Below are positions 18,007-28,622 of a DNA stretch of 63,887 bases, piece after piece. Position numbers and translations under genes: made by a program. The DNA is from an uncultured Erysipelotrichaceae bacterium (lineage in GTDB: Bacteria > Bacillota_I > Bacilli_A > RFN20 > CAG-826): NCBI GenBank assembly GCA_900317165.1, contig ONFU01000009.1, forward strand, positions 1-63,887. Reading direction: 5' to 3'. Each line of letters begins with the position of its first letter. Within the stretch, counting starts at the first letter, position 1. Below the pieces are notes generated by a model. It was not told the DNA's origin, searched no databases, and worked only from the letters and a program-made list of their open reading frames with translations.

Positions 18007-18648
18007 ATGGCTGCTAAGAAGATCAGCTTACCGGTCCTTACCTGGAAGGGTGAGGAAGCCGGAAAGGTCGACCTCTCCGCTGAGGTGTTTGGGGCGAAAG
18101 ACGTTAATCCCCAAGTCATCCATGATGCCGTTACGGTTTATCTCGCTAATCTCCGTCAGGCTACCGCCAAAACGAAGAAACGCCACGAGATTCATGGAAC
18201 GAACAAGAAACCATATCGTCAAAAAGGCACTGGTCGTGCCCGTGCGGGTGATGTGAAATCCCCAATCTGGGTCGGAGGCGGAAACGTCTGGGGACCAGAT
18301 GGCACACAAAACTTCAAGCTCAAGCAGAACAAGAAAGAGCACAACCTCGCTCTCCGCGGCGTTCTCTCCGAGAAGGTTGCCGAGAAGAAGGTCATCGTCG
18401 TCGATTCCTATGATCTTGACAAAGTCTCGACCAAGGAACTCGCCAAAGCCTTCTCTGCCATCAAGGCCGAAGGCAAAGTGCTCCTCGTCGTCGAAGGCGA
18501 AGAAGAGAAGCTCATTCTCTCCGCCCGCAACATCGGCAACGTCGGTCTCACTGAGCTTGGCAACATCTCCGTCTACGATGCTCTCTACTTCGATAACATC
18601 GTCGTGAGCAAAGACGGCATCAAGAAAATCGAGGAGGCTCTGAAGTAA
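18007..18648 (+). CDS. rplD: 50S ribosomal protein L4
   Basis: KPYRQKGTGRARAGDVKSPIWVGGG motif and operon order. Confidence 0.95.
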   Translation: MAAKKISLPVLTWKGEEAGKVDLSAEVFGAKDVNPQVIHDAVTVYLANLRQATAKTKKRHEIHGTNKKPYRQKGTGRARAGDVKSPIWVGGGNVWGPDGTQNFKLKQNKKEHNLALRGVLSEKVAEKKVIVVDSYDLDKVSTKELAKAFSAIKAEGKVLLVVEGEEEKLILSARNIGNVGLTELGNISVYDALYFDNIVVSKDGIKKIEEALK

Positions 18649-18649
18649 T

Positions 18650-19072
18650 ATGGCTGAAGAAATCAAGGAAGCGGTTGTCGAAGAGGCAGTCGCCGAGAAG
18701 CCCGCGAAGAAGCGCGCTCCAAAGAAAGCCTCCAAGAAAGAGGAGAAGAAAGTTGAGGAAGCGAAGAAATTCGCCGCCCCGATTGAACACGACTTCGAAG
18801 TGATCGTCGAACCCTTCATCACCGAGAAGTCCATGGCCCTTATGCAAAACGCTAACAAAGTTACCGTCAAAGTTGCTAAAGGCGCCAACAAGATTGAGAT
18901 CAAAGATGCCTTCGAACGCATCTTCCAGGTCAAGGTCACTGCCGTCAAGGTCGTCAACCAAGTCGGCAAGACCACAACCCGCGGCGGCCGCTATCGCGGA
19001 AGCATCCCCGGGTTCAAGAAGGCGATCGTCACCCTTGCCGATGGCGAGGCGATCGATCTCTTCAAGGAGTAA
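18650..19072 (+). CDS. rplW: 50S ribosomal protein L23 with ~45-aa K/E/A-rich N-terminal extension
   Basis: The core EPFITEKSMALMQNANKVTVKVAKGANKIEIKDAFERIF begins about residue 50. Confidence 0.9.
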   Translation: MAEEIKEAVVEEAVAEKPAKKRAPKKASKKEEKKVEEAKKFAAPIEHDFEVIVEPFITEKSMALMQNANKVTVKVAKGANKIEIKDAFERIFQVKVTAVKVVNQVGKTTTRGGRYRGSIPGFKKAIVTLADGEAIDLFKE

Positions 19073-19143
19073 GGAAACACCCACGCGTAACCAATTATTA
19101 ATTAATACGTACGCGTAAAGCATCCAATATAGGAGACAAAGAA

Positions 19144-19974
19144 ATGGCAATCAAAACTTATCGCCCCTATACTCCGTCTCGCCGTGCCATGACGAGCCGC
19201 GACTATAGTGGCCTATCCAAAGTCGCTCCTGAAAAATCATTGCTCGTCCCGATGAAACATTCGGGTGGGCGCAACAATCAGGGCAAAATCACCTGCCGCC
19301 ACATCGGTGGAGGCAACAAAAGGCGCTATCGCATCATCGACTTCCGTCGCCGCAAAGATGGCATTCCAGCGACCGTGAAGACCATCGAGTACGATCCAAA
19401 CCGCAACGCCAACATCGCCCTCGTCTGCTACGCAGATGGCGAAAAGGCCTATATCATCCATCCAGCGGGACTCAAAGTTGGGGACGTCATCGTCTCCGGT
19501 CCCGTCACCGATATCAAAGTCGGCAACTGCCTCGAATTGGTGAACATTCCAGATGGAACCTTCATCCATAACCTCGAGCTCCAGCCTGGCAAAGGTGCCC
19601 AGATGTGCCGTGCCGCCGGAACAAGCGCTCAGAAGCTTGGCTCCGAAGGCCGTTACGTCACCGTCCGTCTTGCCTCTGGTGAAGTCCGCAAGCTTCTCAA
19701 CAACTGCCGCGCCACCATCGGTATCGTCGGCAATGAGGACGCGAACCTCATCAACCTCGGCAAAGCCGGCAAAACCCGCTACCTCGGTGTCCGTCCAACG
19801 GTCCGTGGTTCCGCGATGAACCCTTGCGATCACCCTCATGGTGGTGGTGAAGGTAAGTGCCCAGTCGGCCGCGATGCCCCGCGCAATCCGTGGGGAAAAC
19901 GCACCCAGGGCGTCAAGACCCGCAGGGTCAAGAAGAATTCCACCCGCCTCATTGTCAGGCGCAGGACGAAGTAA
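19144..19974 (+). CDS. rplB: 50S ribosomal protein L2
   Basis: [14 protein letters not shown]..., [10 protein letters not shown] and [17 protein letters not shown]. Confidence 0.97.
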   Translation: MAIKTYRPYTPSRRAMTSRDYSGLSKVAPEKSLLVPMKHSGGRNNQGKITCRHIGGGNKRRYRIIDFRRRKDGIPATVKTIEYDPNRNANIALVCYADGEKAYIIHPAGLKVGDVIVSGPVTDIKVGNCLELVNIPDGTFIHNLELQPGKGAQMCRAAGTSAQKLGSEGRYVTVRLASGEVRKLLNNCRATIGIVGNEDANLINLGKAGKTRYLGVRPTVRGSAMNPCDHPHGGGEGKCPVGRDAPRNPWGKRTQGVKTRRVKKNSTRLIVRRRTK

Positions 19975-19992
19975 GAAAGGAGATAGAGAACA

Positions 19993-20286
19993 ATGTCCCG
20001 TTCACTTAAAAAAGGACCATTCGTGGATGAGTACCTTCTTAAGAAGGTCGACGAACTCCAGAAGTCCGGTAAGAAAGAGATCATCAAGACATGGTCCCGT
20101 CGTTCGACGATCTATCCTTCCTTCGTCGAGCACACCTTCGCCGTCTATAACGGCAAGGAACACATCTCCGTCTACGTCACCGAGGATATGGTCGGTCATA
20201 AGTTAGGCGAATTCGCCCCAACCCGCACCTTCTCCGGTCACCACGGCAACAACGCCGAAGACCGCGCGGCCGCGGCTAAGAAGTAA
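19993..20286 (+). CDS. rpsS: 30S ribosomal protein S19
   Basis: [19 protein letters not shown]...[13 protein letters not shown]. Confidence 0.97.
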   Translation: MSRSLKKGPFVDEYLLKKVDELQKSGKKEIIKTWSRRSTIYPSFVEHTFAVYNGKEHISVYVTEDMVGHKLGEFAPTRTFSGHHGNNAEDRAAAAKK

Positions 20287-20299
20287 GGAGTAACCAACT

Positions 20300-20809
20300 A
20301 TGGCAGAAACTGAAAAGAAAACCGTCGCCAAGAAAGCTCCGGCGAAGAAAGAGGCCCCCAAGAAGGAGGCCGCCCCAAAGAAGGAAAAGGCCGTCAAAGC
20401 CCCGAAGGAAGAAGCTCCTACGAAGGAGAAGAAAGCCAAGAAGGTCGAGGCCGTTCCCGAAAAACCAAAGGTGACCGAAGCCCGTTGCTTCGTCCGCGAT
20501 GTCCGCATCACCCCGCGCAAAGTCCGCTACGTTGCTGACTATGTGAGAGGCAAAGACGTCAAAGTCGCCCTCGGCATCCTTGCCAGGGTCAACAAAGTCG
20601 CGGCCAAGCCAATCGCCAAGGCCATCGCGAGCGCTTCCGCCAATGCCACCAACAACTTCGGCATGGACGGCAGCAAGCTCTATGTCGCCGAAATCCAAGT
20701 CGGCGATGGACTCAAAATCAAGCGTTACATTCCACGCGCCAAAGGCAGTGCCTCCGGCATCGTCAAGCGCAACGCCAACTTGACCGTCGTGGTCAAGGAA
20801 AGAGAATAA
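20300..20809 (+). CDS. rplV: 50S ribosomal protein L22 with ~55-aa K/A/E/P-rich N-terminal extension
   Basis: The core ARCFVRDVRITPRKVRYVADYVRGK begins about residue 58. Confidence 0.9.
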   Translation: MAETEKKTVAKKAPAKKEAPKKEAAPKKEKAVKAPKEEAPTKEKKAKKVEAVPEKPKVTEARCFVRDVRITPRKVRYVADYVRGKDVKVALGILARVNKVAAKPIAKAIASASANATNNFGMDGSKLYVAEIQVGDGLKIKRYIPRAKGSASGIVKRNANLTVVVKERE

Positions 20810-20821
20810 GGAGAGAAGAAC

Positions 20822-21592
20822 ATGGGTCAGAAAGTCAATCCCGTCGGAATGCGCATCGGCATCAACCGCGATTGGAATTCCAAATGGTTCGCCTCCAAGA
20901 AAGATTACGGCAACTTCCTCATCGAGGACGTCAAGATCCGTGCCTTCCTTGAAAAGGACCTCAAAAAATCGATGCTCTCCCACGTCGTCATCGGCCGCGT
21001 CAAATCCGCGGACGGATATAACGTCAACGTGAAAATCTATGTCGCCCGTCCGGGTGACGTCCTTGGTCAGGACGGCTCCAATCTTGCCCGCATCCGCAAG
21101 GAACTCTCCAAGATCATCAAAGATGGCAAACTCAACCTCGAAGTCGTCGAGGTCAAGAATCCTGATCTTGATGCCGTCTTGGTCGCCAAGTGGGTCGCCA
21201 GCGAGCTCGAAAACCGTGCCGCCTTCCGTTCCACGATGAAAAAAGCCATCCAGCGCATGCGCAAAGCGGGTGCCCTTGGATGCAAGACCCTTTGCTCTGG
21301 CCGTCTCGGCGGAGCCGAAATCGCTCGCGACGAGGGTTACAAAGAGGGCGTCGTTCCTCTACACACCATCCGCGCCGACATCGATTTCGCCCACGTCCCC
21401 GCTGCTACCACCTATGGTAACATCGGCGTGAAGATCTGGGTCTGCCGCTCACTCAACAAAGTCGGCACCGAAGAAGTCAACGAGCCCGCTCCACGTGAGG
21501 AGCGTGAACCACGCGAACAACGCCGCGGACCACGTGACTCCCATCGCCCAAATAGAGGAGGAGATAGCAATGCTTCAACCAAAGCGCGTTAA
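20822..21592 (+). CDS. rpsC: 30S ribosomal protein S3 (charged C-terminal tail)
   Basis: [23 protein letters not shown]... plus a C-terminal R/E/P-rich tail of about 45 aa. Confidence 0.95.
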   Translation: MGQKVNPVGMRIGINRDWNSKWFASKKDYGNFLIEDVKIRAFLEKDLKKSMLSHVVIGRVKSADGYNVNVKIYVARPGDVLGQDGSNLARIRKELSKIIKDGKLNLEVVEVKNPDLDAVLVAKWVASELENRAAFRSTMKKAIQRMRKAGALGCKTLCSGRLGGAEIARDEGYKEGVVPLHTIRADIDFAHVPAATTYGNIGVKIWVCRSLNKVGTEEVNEPAPREEREPREQRRGPRDSHRPNRGGDSNASTKAR

Positions 21593-21992
21593 GTATCGCC
21601 GCCCACATCGCCTTTCCTACGAAGGTAAGGCCAAAGGCGGAACAACCGTCGAGTTCGGAGATTACGGACTCGTCGCCCTCGAAGGGGCCTACATCACCGA
21701 TCACCAGATCGAAGCCGCTCGTATCGTCCTCTCCCGTCAGACCGATCGTACCGGACAGGTCTATATCCGCATCTTCCCGCATCTTGCCCGTACCAAGAAG
21801 CCCGCTGAGGTTCGTATGGGTTCCGGGAAAGGCTCCCCAGAAGGATGGGCTGCCGTCGTCGAGAAGGGTCGTATCCTCTTCGAGATCGGCGGAACCACCC
21901 CGGAGATTGCCCGCGAGGCCCTTCGCCTTGCCGGTTACAAGCTCCCCATCAAAACCAAGATAATCGCCCGTGAGGCCAAGGAGGGAAAATAA
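21570..21992 (+). CDS. rplP: 50S ribosomal protein L16
   Basis: [14 protein letters not shown] at ATG 21570 with GAGGAGGAG SD. The track ORF start at 21495 is an upstream over-extension. Confidence 0.93.
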   Translation: MLQPKRVKYRRPHRLSYEGKAKGGTTVEFGDYGLVALEGAYITDHQIEAARIVLSRQTDRTGQVYIRIFPHLARTKKPAEVRMGSGKGSPEGWAAVVEKGRILFEIGGTTPEIAREALRLAGYKLPIKTKIIAREAKEGK

Positions 21993-22183
21993 TGGAAATC
22001 AAAGAATTCCGCGAACTTACCCCCGAAGAACTCGACAAGAAGATCTATGACCTCCGCGCCGAACTCTTCGAGCTCCGCCGCAAGAAAGCGGTCGGCAGCT
22101 TGGAAAACCCCAACCTCATCCACGGTCTCCGCAAAGACATCGCGAAGGCCCTAACCGTCAAGCGCGAACGCGCCGCTAAATAA
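21992..22183 (+). CDS. rpmC: 50S ribosomal protein L29
   Basis: 63 aa, [33 protein letters not shown] overlap with rplP. Confidence 0.9.
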   Translation: MEIKEFRELTPEELDKKIYDLRAELFELRRKKAVGSLENPNLIHGLRKDIAKALTVKRERAAK

Positions 22184-22194
22184 GGAGAACACTC

Positions 22195-22530
22195 ATGGAA
22201 AGAAACAGTCGTACATCCGTGCAGGGCGTCGTCACTTCCAAAAAGAATGCGAAGACCATCACCGTCACGGTTTCCACCGAGCGCAACCATCCCCTTTATC
22301 AAAAGCGTGTCGGTTATTCAAAGAAATACTATGCCCATGATGAAAACGAGCTCGCCAACACCGGCGACACCGTCACCATCATGGCCTGCCGCCCCATCTC
22401 CAAGACCAAGAGGTGGCGCCTAGTCTCCGTCGACAAGAAGGCCGTTGTGGCCACCACCGTCGATGAGGCCGAGGCGACTCTCGAAGCTGAAGAGGGGGTC
22501 AAAGAAGCGGAAGCTAAGGAGGGAGAATAA
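22195..22530 (+). CDS. rpsQ: 30S ribosomal protein S17 (acidic C-terminal tail)
   Basis: [16 protein letters not shown]...[30 protein letters not shown] plus a tail of about 25 aa. Confidence 0.93.
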   Translation: MERNSRTSVQGVVTSKKNAKTITVTVSTERNHPLYQKRVGYSKKYYAHDENELANTGDTVTIMACRPISKTKRWRLVSVDKKAVVATTVDEAEATLEAEEGVKEAEAKEGE

Positions 22531-22898
22531 TGGTCCAGAACGAAACCAACCTCGTCGTTGCCGATAACTCCGGCGCGAAGAGCGTGCGCGTCTTCAAGCA
22601 GTATGGCGGATCCCACAGGAAGACCTCTTCCATCGGTGATGTCGTCCTCTGCGCCGTCAAAGACGCTATCCCAAACGGCAAAGTCAAGAAGAGTGATGTC
22701 GTCAAAGGCGTCATCGTCCGCTGCAAACACCCAATCCAAAGGAAAGATGGTTCGACCATCGCCTTCGATGATAACGCCATCGTCATCATCGATAACGACG
22801 GAAACCCAGTCGGCACCCGTGTCTTCGGGCCGGTCGCCAGGGAACTCCGTGACAAGGGATACCTCAAGATTCTCTCCCTTGCCTTCGAAGTGCTATAA
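22530..22898 (+). CDS. rplN: 50S ribosomal protein L14
   Basis: [17 protein letters not shown].... Confidence 0.97.
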   Translation: MVQNETNLVVADNSGAKSVRVFKQYGGSHRKTSSIGDVVLCAVKDAIPNGKVKKSDVVKGVIVRCKHPIQRKDGSTIAFDDNAIVIIDNDGNPVGTRVFGPVARELRDKGYLKILSLAFEVL

Positions 22899-22912
22899 GG
22901 AGGAGACAGAAC

Positions 22913-23218
22913 ATGAACATCAAAAAAGGTGATAAGGTCATCGTCATCTCCGGCGCCGATAAGGGCAAGACCGGAGTGGTCCAGGCCGTTTACCCCAAGC
23001 TCAACAAAGTCGTTGTCGAGGGTGTCAACGTCCACAAGAAGCACAAGAAGCCAACCCAGAACGTCTCCGAAGGAAGCGTCCTTGACATCTATGTGCCAAT
23101 CGATGCGAGCAAAGTCGCCCTCATCGACCCCAAAACCAAGAAGCCAACCCGCGTCCATATGGGTGAGGTCAAAGGCAAAAAAGTGCGTCTTGCCAAATCC
23201 GGCGAGAGCCTTGACTAA
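22913..23218 (+). CDS. rplX: 50S ribosomal protein L24
   Basis: [21 protein letters not shown] (KOW motif). Confidence 0.95.
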   Translation: MNIKKGDKVIVISGADKGKTGVVQAVYPKLNKVVVEGVNVHKKHKKPTQNVSEGSVLDIYVPIDASKVALIDPKTKKPTRVHMGEVKGKKVRLAKSGESLD

Positions 23219-23232
23219 AGGAGGAACCAGAA

Positions 23233-23850
23233 ATGGCTGAAACAACCAAAAAACCAGCAGCCAAGAAGGCTGCTCCGGCGAAGGAAGCGAAAGTGGTCGA
23301 AAAGGCCGCCGAAAACCGCCTCGCCAAGAAATACCGTGAGGAGATCGTCCCCGAACTCGTCAAGGAGTTCGCCTACACGACCCCAATGCAAGCTCCACGC
23401 CTAGAGAAGATCGTCATCAACATGGGCGTTGGCGAAGCCACCCAGAACTCCAAGGTTCTTGAGGATGCCGTCGCCGACCTCACCCAGATCGCCGGTCAAC
23501 GTCCAGTCATCACCAAGGCCAAGAAGTCCATCGCGACCTTCAAGGTCCGTGAAGGCCAGGCCATCGGCTGCAAAGTCACCCTCCGCGGCACGAGGATGTA
23601 TGAATTCCTCGATAAGCTCGTCTCCATCGCGCTTCCCCGCGTCCGTGACTTCCGTGGTATCTCCAAAAACGCCTTCGACGGCCATGGTAACTACACCCTC
23701 GGCGTCAAGGAACAATTGATCTTCCCGGAGATCGATTACGATAAGGTCGCCAAGGTCCGTGGTATGGACATCGTCGTCGTCACCACCGCTAGAAGCGACA
23801 AGGAAGCCCATGCCCTTCTTGAGAAGCTCGGCATGCCCTTCCGCAAATAA
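23233..23850 (+). CDS. rplE: 50S ribosomal protein L5 (about 25-aa K/A-rich N-terminal extension)
   Basis: [18 protein letters not shown]...INMGVGEA. Confidence 0.95.
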   Translation: MAETTKKPAAKKAAPAKEAKVVEKAAENRLAKKYREEIVPELVKEFAYTTPMQAPRLEKIVINMGVGEATQNSKVLEDAVADLTQIAGQRPVITKAKKSIATFKVREGQAIGCKVTLRGTRMYEFLDKLVSIALPRVRDFRGISKNAFDGHGNYTLGVKEQLIFPEIDYDKVAKVRGMDIVVVTTARSDKEAHALLEKLGMPFRK

Positions 23851-23865
23851 AGGAGAAGCGAAACA

Positions 23866-24051
23866 ATGGCAAAGAAAAGTCTTATCGCAAAATCGCAGCG
23901 CAAGCAGAAATTCGAAGTTCGTAGCTACACCCGCTGCAAGAAATGCGGCCGTCCACACGGCGTCATTCGCCGCTTCGGCCTCTGCCGCATCTGCCTCCGC
24001 GAGCTCGCCTACAAAGGTGAGATCCCAGGCATGAAGAAGGCCTCTTGGTAA
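23866..24051 (+). CDS. rpsN: 30S ribosomal protein S14, short zinc-binding type Z
   Basis: 61 aa, CKKCGRPHG...CRIC. Confidence 0.95.
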   Translation: MAKKSLIAKSQRKQKFEVRSYTRCKKCGRPHGVIRRFGLCRICLRELAYKGEIPGMKKASW

Positions 24052-24067
24052 GGAAAGGAGAATCATC

Positions 24068-24463
24068 ATGAACGCAGATCCAATTGCCGATATGCTCACC
24101 CGCATTCGCAACGCGAACGCCTTGCGCTATGAGGAAGTCTCTCTTCCTTCATCCAAAATCAAAGAAGGAATCGCGGAAATCCTTAAGAACGAAGGATTCA
24201 TCTCCGGCTTCGCCGTTAACGAGGAAGCCGGTAAGAAGACCCTTACCCTAACCCTTAAGTATTCCGCTTCCGGAGAACGCGTCATCACCAACTTGAAGCG
24301 CATCTCCAAACCCGGTCTCCGCGTCTACGCGGAAGCCGATAAAATCCCAAGCGTCCTCAAGGGCCTTGGAATCGCGATCGTCTCCACTCCGAATGGCCTC
24401 CTCACCGACAAACAGGCGAGAAAGCAGCATGTCGGAGGCGAGATCCTCGCTTACGTCTGGTAA
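24068..24463 (+). CDS. rpsH: 30S ribosomal protein S8
   Basis: [13 protein letters not shown].... Confidence 0.97.
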   Translation: MNADPIADMLTRIRNANALRYEEVSLPSSKIKEGIAEILKNEGFISGFAVNEEAGKKTLTLTLKYSASGERVITNLKRISKPGLRVYAEADKIPSVLKGLGIAIVSTPNGLLTDKQARKQHVGGEILAYVW

Positions 24464-24487
24464 TTATTGCCAAAGGAAGGAAAAATT

Positions 24488-25036
24488 ATGTCTCGTATCG
24501 GATTAAAACCCGTCGTCCTCCCTGCTGGCGTGACCGTTAGCGAAGCTAATGGCCTCGTTACCGTCAAAGGAGCCAAAGGCGAATTAAGCGTGGCGATCCC
24601 CGCCAACGTGAGCGTCGAGGTCAAAGACGGTGTCCTTCATGTCCATCGCGCGACTGAAGCTCAGCACAACATCATGATGCATGGCACCGCAAGGGCCAAC
24701 ATCGCCAACGCCATCAAAGGCGTCTCCGAAGGTTTCAAGAAAGAACTCGAGATCTCCGGTATTGGTTATCGCTGCTCAATGCGCGGAACCTCCCTTGTCC
24801 TCAACGTCGGTTTCTCCCATGAGGTCGTGATCGCTCCAGTCGATGGAGTCAAGGTCTCCACCCCCGATGAAACCCATATCGTCGTCGAGGGCATCGACAA
24901 ACAGAAAGTCGGCCAAGTCGCCGCTCTCATCCATGACACCAAGCGTCCTGAGCCATATGGTGGCAAAGGCATCAAGTACAAGGGTGAGCACATCATCCGC
25001 AAGGAAGGCAAACGTGCCGCCGGCGGTAAGAAATAA
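24488..25036 (+). CDS. rplF: 50S ribosomal protein L6
   Basis: [15 protein letters not shown] at ATG 24488 with GGAAGG SD. The track start at 24467 is an upstream TTG. Confidence 0.95.
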   Translation: MSRIGLKPVVLPAGVTVSEANGLVTVKGAKGELSVAIPANVSVEVKDGVLHVHRATEAQHNIMMHGTARANIANAIKGVSEGFKKELEISGIGYRCSMRGTSLVLNVGFSHEVVIAPVDGVKVSTPDETHIVVEGIDKQKVGQVAALIHDTKRPEPYGGKGIKYKGEHIIRKEGKRAAGGKK

Positions 25037-25047
25037 GGAGTACAGCC

Positions 25048-25404
25048 ATGATCGAAAAAATGTCACGTACAGCGGTTCGTCAGCGCCGTGCCCTTCGCGT
25101 CAGGAAGAAAGTCACTGGCACCGCCGAGAAGCCGCGTCTATGCGTCTTCCGTTCCAACAAGAACATCGAAGCCCAGCTCATCGATGACGTCAAAGGCGTC
25201 ACCCTTGTCTCCGCTTCCTCAACCCAACTCAAACTCGCCAACGGAGGCAACTGCGAAGCAGCCGCCAAAGTCGGCGCTTCCCTCGCCGAGAAGGCGAAGG
25301 CCAAAGGCATCGAATTCGTTGTCTTTGACCGCAACGGCTACATCTACCACGGTCGCGTCGCGGCCTTGGCCGATGCCGCAAGAGAAGGAGGCCTTAAATT
25401 CTAA
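25048..25404 (+). CDS. rplR: 50S ribosomal protein L18
   Basis: [36 protein letters not shown]. Confidence 0.95.
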   Translation: MIEKMSRTAVRQRRALRVRKKVTGTAEKPRLCVFRSNKNIEAQLIDDVKGVTLVSASSTQLKLANGGNCEAAAKVGASLAEKAKAKGIEFVVFDRNGYIYHGRVAALADAAREGGLKF

Positions 25405-25415
25405 GGATACCAACT

Positions 25416-26141
25416 ATGGCAGATGAAGAATTGATCAATACCGAAGAAGCCCCAGAGACCCCGGTCGAAGAGGCTGCCACTGGTAACGAGCCACATGGCT
25501 CCGCCTCCGCTCCCCGCCCAGGGGATCGCAAATACGGCAACCGCAAAGGCCGTCCATCCGAAAGGCGTGGTGGCCGTGGCGGATTCCGTCGCAACACCGA
25601 TGACTACCTCGAAAGAGTCGTCGCCATCAACCGTATTTCCAAGACCACCCAAGGTGGTAAGAACGTTCGTTTCTCCGCCCTCGCGGTCGTCGGAGACGGC
25701 AAAGGCCGTTATGGCTTCGCCCTCTCCAAATCCTCCGAAGTCCCCGATGCCATCAAGAAAGCGCTCGCGAAAGCCCGCAAGAACATGGTCACCGTCGAAC
25801 TCGTCAATGGCACCATCGCCCATGATACCGAAGGAAAATTCGGAGCCACCAAAGTCGTCTTGAAACCAGCCCCAGAAGGCACTGGTATCGTCGCTGGCGG
25901 CGCCGTCCGTGCGGTCGTCGAACTCGCCGGGGTCAAGAACCTCGTCGCGAAGGTCTACGGTTCCCGTTCCCCCATCAACGTCATCCGCGCCACAAACGCC
26001 GGCCTTGCCGCTTTGAAGCGCTATGACCGCGTCATGGTCCTCCGCGGAAAGAAGAGCGAGGAGGAAATCCGCGCCCTCCGTTCTAAGAGAGCCCCCAAAG
26101 ACGTCACCCCTCTCCCCGAGGAGAAAGGAGATGCTGAATAA
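25416..26141 (+). CDS. rpsE: 30S ribosomal protein S5 with N- and C-terminal extensions
   Basis: The core ERVVAINRISKTTQGGKNVRFSALAVVGDGKG begins about residue 65. The C-terminal tail is about 35 aa. Confidence 0.93.
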   Translation: MADEELINTEEAPETPVEEAATGNEPHGSASAPRPGDRKYGNRKGRPSERRGGRGGFRRNTDDYLERVVAINRISKTTQGGKNVRFSALAVVGDGKGRYGFALSKSSEVPDAIKKALAKARKNMVTVELVNGTIAHDTEGKFGATKVVLKPAPEGTGIVAGGAVRAVVELAGVKNLVAKVYGSRSPINVIRATNAGLAALKRYDRVMVLRGKKSEEEIRALRSKRAPKDVTPLPEEKGDAE

Positions 26142-26593
26142 TGTCCTCCCTTAGCGAACTCAAAAACGCCAAAGGCGCCCGCGTCGACTCCTATCGTAAG
26201 GGTCGTGGCGTTGGCTCCGGCAACGGCAAAACCGCCGGTAAGGGCCAAAAAGGCCAGGGTGCCCACGCCCATACCAAGAAGAACGGCTTCGAAGGTGGTC
26301 AGAACCCCATCGCCCGCCGTCTTCCGAAATTCGGCGTCCGCAAAACCCACACCGGACACAAAATCCAATACGCGATCATCTCCCTCGATAGGCTCAATGC
26401 CTTCAAAGATGGCGACGTCGTCAACATGACCGTCCTCCTTGAAAAGGGCATGATCAAGAAAGAACTCGACGGACTCAAAGTCCTCGGAAACGGCAAGCTT
26501 GAAAAGAAGCTCGTCGTCGAAGCCAAGGCCTTCTCGGCCGCGGCCAAAGCCGCCATTGAAGCCAAAGGCGGCGAAGCGAAGGTAATCGAATAA
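26141..26593 (+). CDS. rplO: 50S ribosomal protein L15
   Basis: LSELKNAKGARVDSYRKGRGVGSGNGKTAGKGQKGQ. Start overlaps the rpsE stop (TAATG), leaving no room for rpmD. Confidence 0.93.
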   Translation: MSSLSELKNAKGARVDSYRKGRGVGSGNGKTAGKGQKGQGAHAHTKKNGFEGGQNPIARRLPKFGVRKTHTGHKIQYAIISLDRLNAFKDGDVVNMTVLLEKGMIKKELDGLKVLGNGKLEKKLVVEAKAFSAAAKAAIEAKGGEAKVIE

Positions 26594-27969
26594 TGAAAAA
26601 GTTCGCTTCGATCTTCAAAAATAAGGAAATCGTCGGTCGTATTTTCTTTACGATCATGATTCTCTTCGTCATCCGGATCGGGGCGGCTATCACGGTTCCT
26701 GGCGTCAAAACGACATCCTCGTTCACCGACGCCATGAATTCGGGGAATGCCATCGCGATGATGAACCTCCTCGGAGGTGGTGCGTTAAGCAACTTCTCGG
26801 TGTTCGCGTTAGGCGTCTCGCCTTACATCACATCGCAGATCATCGTCCAGCTTCTCTCGAAAGACGTCTTGCCGGCGTTGACCGAGCTCTCCAAGCAAGG
26901 CCAATACGGCAGGAAGAAGATTGAGATGGCGACTCGTTATCTGACCCTTCTCCTGGGCGCTGTACAGGCTTACGGCATCATCATGATGATGCAGAATAGC
27001 TCCTACATCAGCCTAACCCTCTCCACGTCAGGCGGAGGGGCCTTCTGGACCTACCTATATATCATCACCGTCTTGCTTGCAGGTGCGATGTTGACCATGT
27101 GGTTAGGTGACCAGATCACGGAAAAAGGCCTTGGAAACGGCATCTCCATCATCATCTTCGCAGGCTGCGTCAGGAGCCTACCGATTCAGATCTCCACAGC
27201 GTGGGAGAAATGGGTCGCCGCCAACCTCCGCATCGCCGATTCCACGGCGATCATCAGGGGGTCATTCCAATTCGCCCTCTACATCGTGGCTCTTCTAGCC
27301 ATCGTCACCGGCGTCGTCTTCTTCGAGATCTCACGCCGCAAGATTCCGGTTCAACATGCCGGGAAGAGCGGGCAAAGCGCCTCAATGGCCAGAGCCTCCT
27401 TCCTCCCGATCAAGGTCAACTCGGCCGGAGTCATCCCCGTCATCTTCGCTTCCTCCATCCTTATGGCCCCAACGGTCATCGCCTCGTTCATCTCCGCAGA
27501 TGCGGCGCAGGCGCCATGGCTCAAGATCTTCTCCTATTCCGAGATGTTCACGATGCCCTGGTTCAATGGAGGCACCTGGAAGATGCCATGGGGCTTACTG
27601 ATCTATTTGACCCTCATCATCGTCTTCACCTTCTTCTATTCGGAGATGCAGATCGATCCGGAATCGCTCGCGGACAATTTCCAAAAGAACGGTTCCTACA
27701 TCCCGGGCATCCGCCCAGGAAAGGCGACCGAACGCTACGTACGCCGTGTCCTTAACCGCGTTACCTGCATCGGCGCCATCGCCCTCGCTGCGATCTCGGC
27801 TCTTCCAGTCGCCCTCACTCTTTCCGGAGTCTTCGGCGGCGATTCGAGCCTCGCTCTTGGCGGTACCGGCATGATCATTATCGTCGGCGTCGCGATCGAG
27901 CTTAATTCGCAGATCGACGGTCTTCTCGCCGGCAAGAGCTTCGACGAGGTTAGAGGAGGAATGGCCTAA
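26593..27969 (+). CDS. secY: Preprotein translocase subunit SecY
   Basis: 458 aa, 10-TM pattern, LGVSPYITSQIIVQLL. Confidence 0.97.
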   Translation: MKKFASIFKNKEIVGRIFFTIMILFVIRIGAAITVPGVKTTSSFTDAMNSGNAIAMMNLLGGGALSNFSVFALGVSPYITSQIIVQLLSKDVLPALTELSKQGQYGRKKIEMATRYLTLLLGAVQAYGIIMMMQNSSYISLTLSTSGGGAFWTYLYIITVLLAGAMLTMWLGDQITEKGLGNGISIIIFAGCVRSLPIQISTAWEKWVAANLRIADSTAIIRGSFQFALYIVALLAIVTGVVFFEISRRKIPVQHAGKSGQSASMARASFLPIKVNSAGVIPVIFASSILMAPTVIASFISADAAQAPWLKIFSYSEMFTMPWFNGGTWKMPWGLLIYLTLIIVFTFFYSEMQIDPESLADNFQKNGSYIPGIRPGKATERYVRRVLNRVTCIGAIALAAISALPVALTLSGVFGGDSSLALGGTGMIIIVGVAIELNSQIDGLLAGKSFDEVRGGMA

Positions 27970-28622
27970 TGCTAAACATCATTCTCATGGGTCCCCCAGG
28001 GGCCGGCAAAGGCACCCAGGCAACCCGCTTGGTCGATAGCTTCCATCTTCCCCATATCTCGACGGGCGACATGTTCCGCGAGAACATCAAAAACGGCACG
28101 CCCCTTGGTCTCCAAGCCAAGGCGATAATCGAAGCCGGCGGCCTCGTCCCAGATGAGGTCACCTGCGCGATGGTCAAGGATAGGCTATCCCGCGAAGATT
28201 GCGCGAACGGCTTCCTTCTCGATGGCTTCCCCCGCACGATCCCTCAGGCCGAAGAGCTTGAGAAAATCGGTGAGGAACTCGGAAGGAAAGTCAACCTCGT
28301 CATCGACATCGCCGTTCCTGAAGAGGAACTAATCCGCCGCATCTCCGGCAGAAGGGTCTGCCCAAAATGCGGAGCTTCCTATCATATCGATACCATGAAG
28401 CCCCAAAAGGAAGGCATCTGCGACCGTTGCGGTTCCGAAATCGTCCAACGCAAGGACGATAACGCGGAATCCTTCCGTGTCAGACTCGAGAATTATTACG
28501 AGTCCACCCAGCCAATCGCCGATTTCTACAAGGAAAAAGGCAACTACCGTCTCTTCGATGGCACCATCGGAGCGGACAATCTCTTCCGTGAGATCGCAAA
28601 ACTCTTGGAGGAGCATAAATAA
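27969..28622 (+). CDS. adk: Adenylate kinase (zinc-lid type)
   Basis: GPPGAGKGTQA. Lid cysteines CPKCG...CDRCG. Confidence 0.97.
   Translation: MLNIILMGPPGAGKGTQATRLVDSFHLPHISTGDMFRENIKNGTPLGLQAKAIIEAGGLVPDEVTCAMVKDRLSREDCANGFLLDGFPRTIPQAEELEKIGEELGRKVNLVIDIAVPEEELIRRISGRRVCPKCGASYHIDTMKPQKEGICDRCGSEIVQRKDDNAESFRVRLENYYESTQPIADFYKEKGNYRLFDGTIGADNLFREIAKLLEEHK

Noticed and set aside
17308-25823. Long antisense or off-frame ORFs within the ribosomal operon, e.g. 18028-18975(-), 19237-19839(-), 20276-20983(-), 22514-23245(-), 23401-24111(-)
   Set aside because: They lie opposite or out of frame to universally conserved r-protein genes. They have low-complexity composition driven by the codon bias of the true genes, and they have no SD or promoter.
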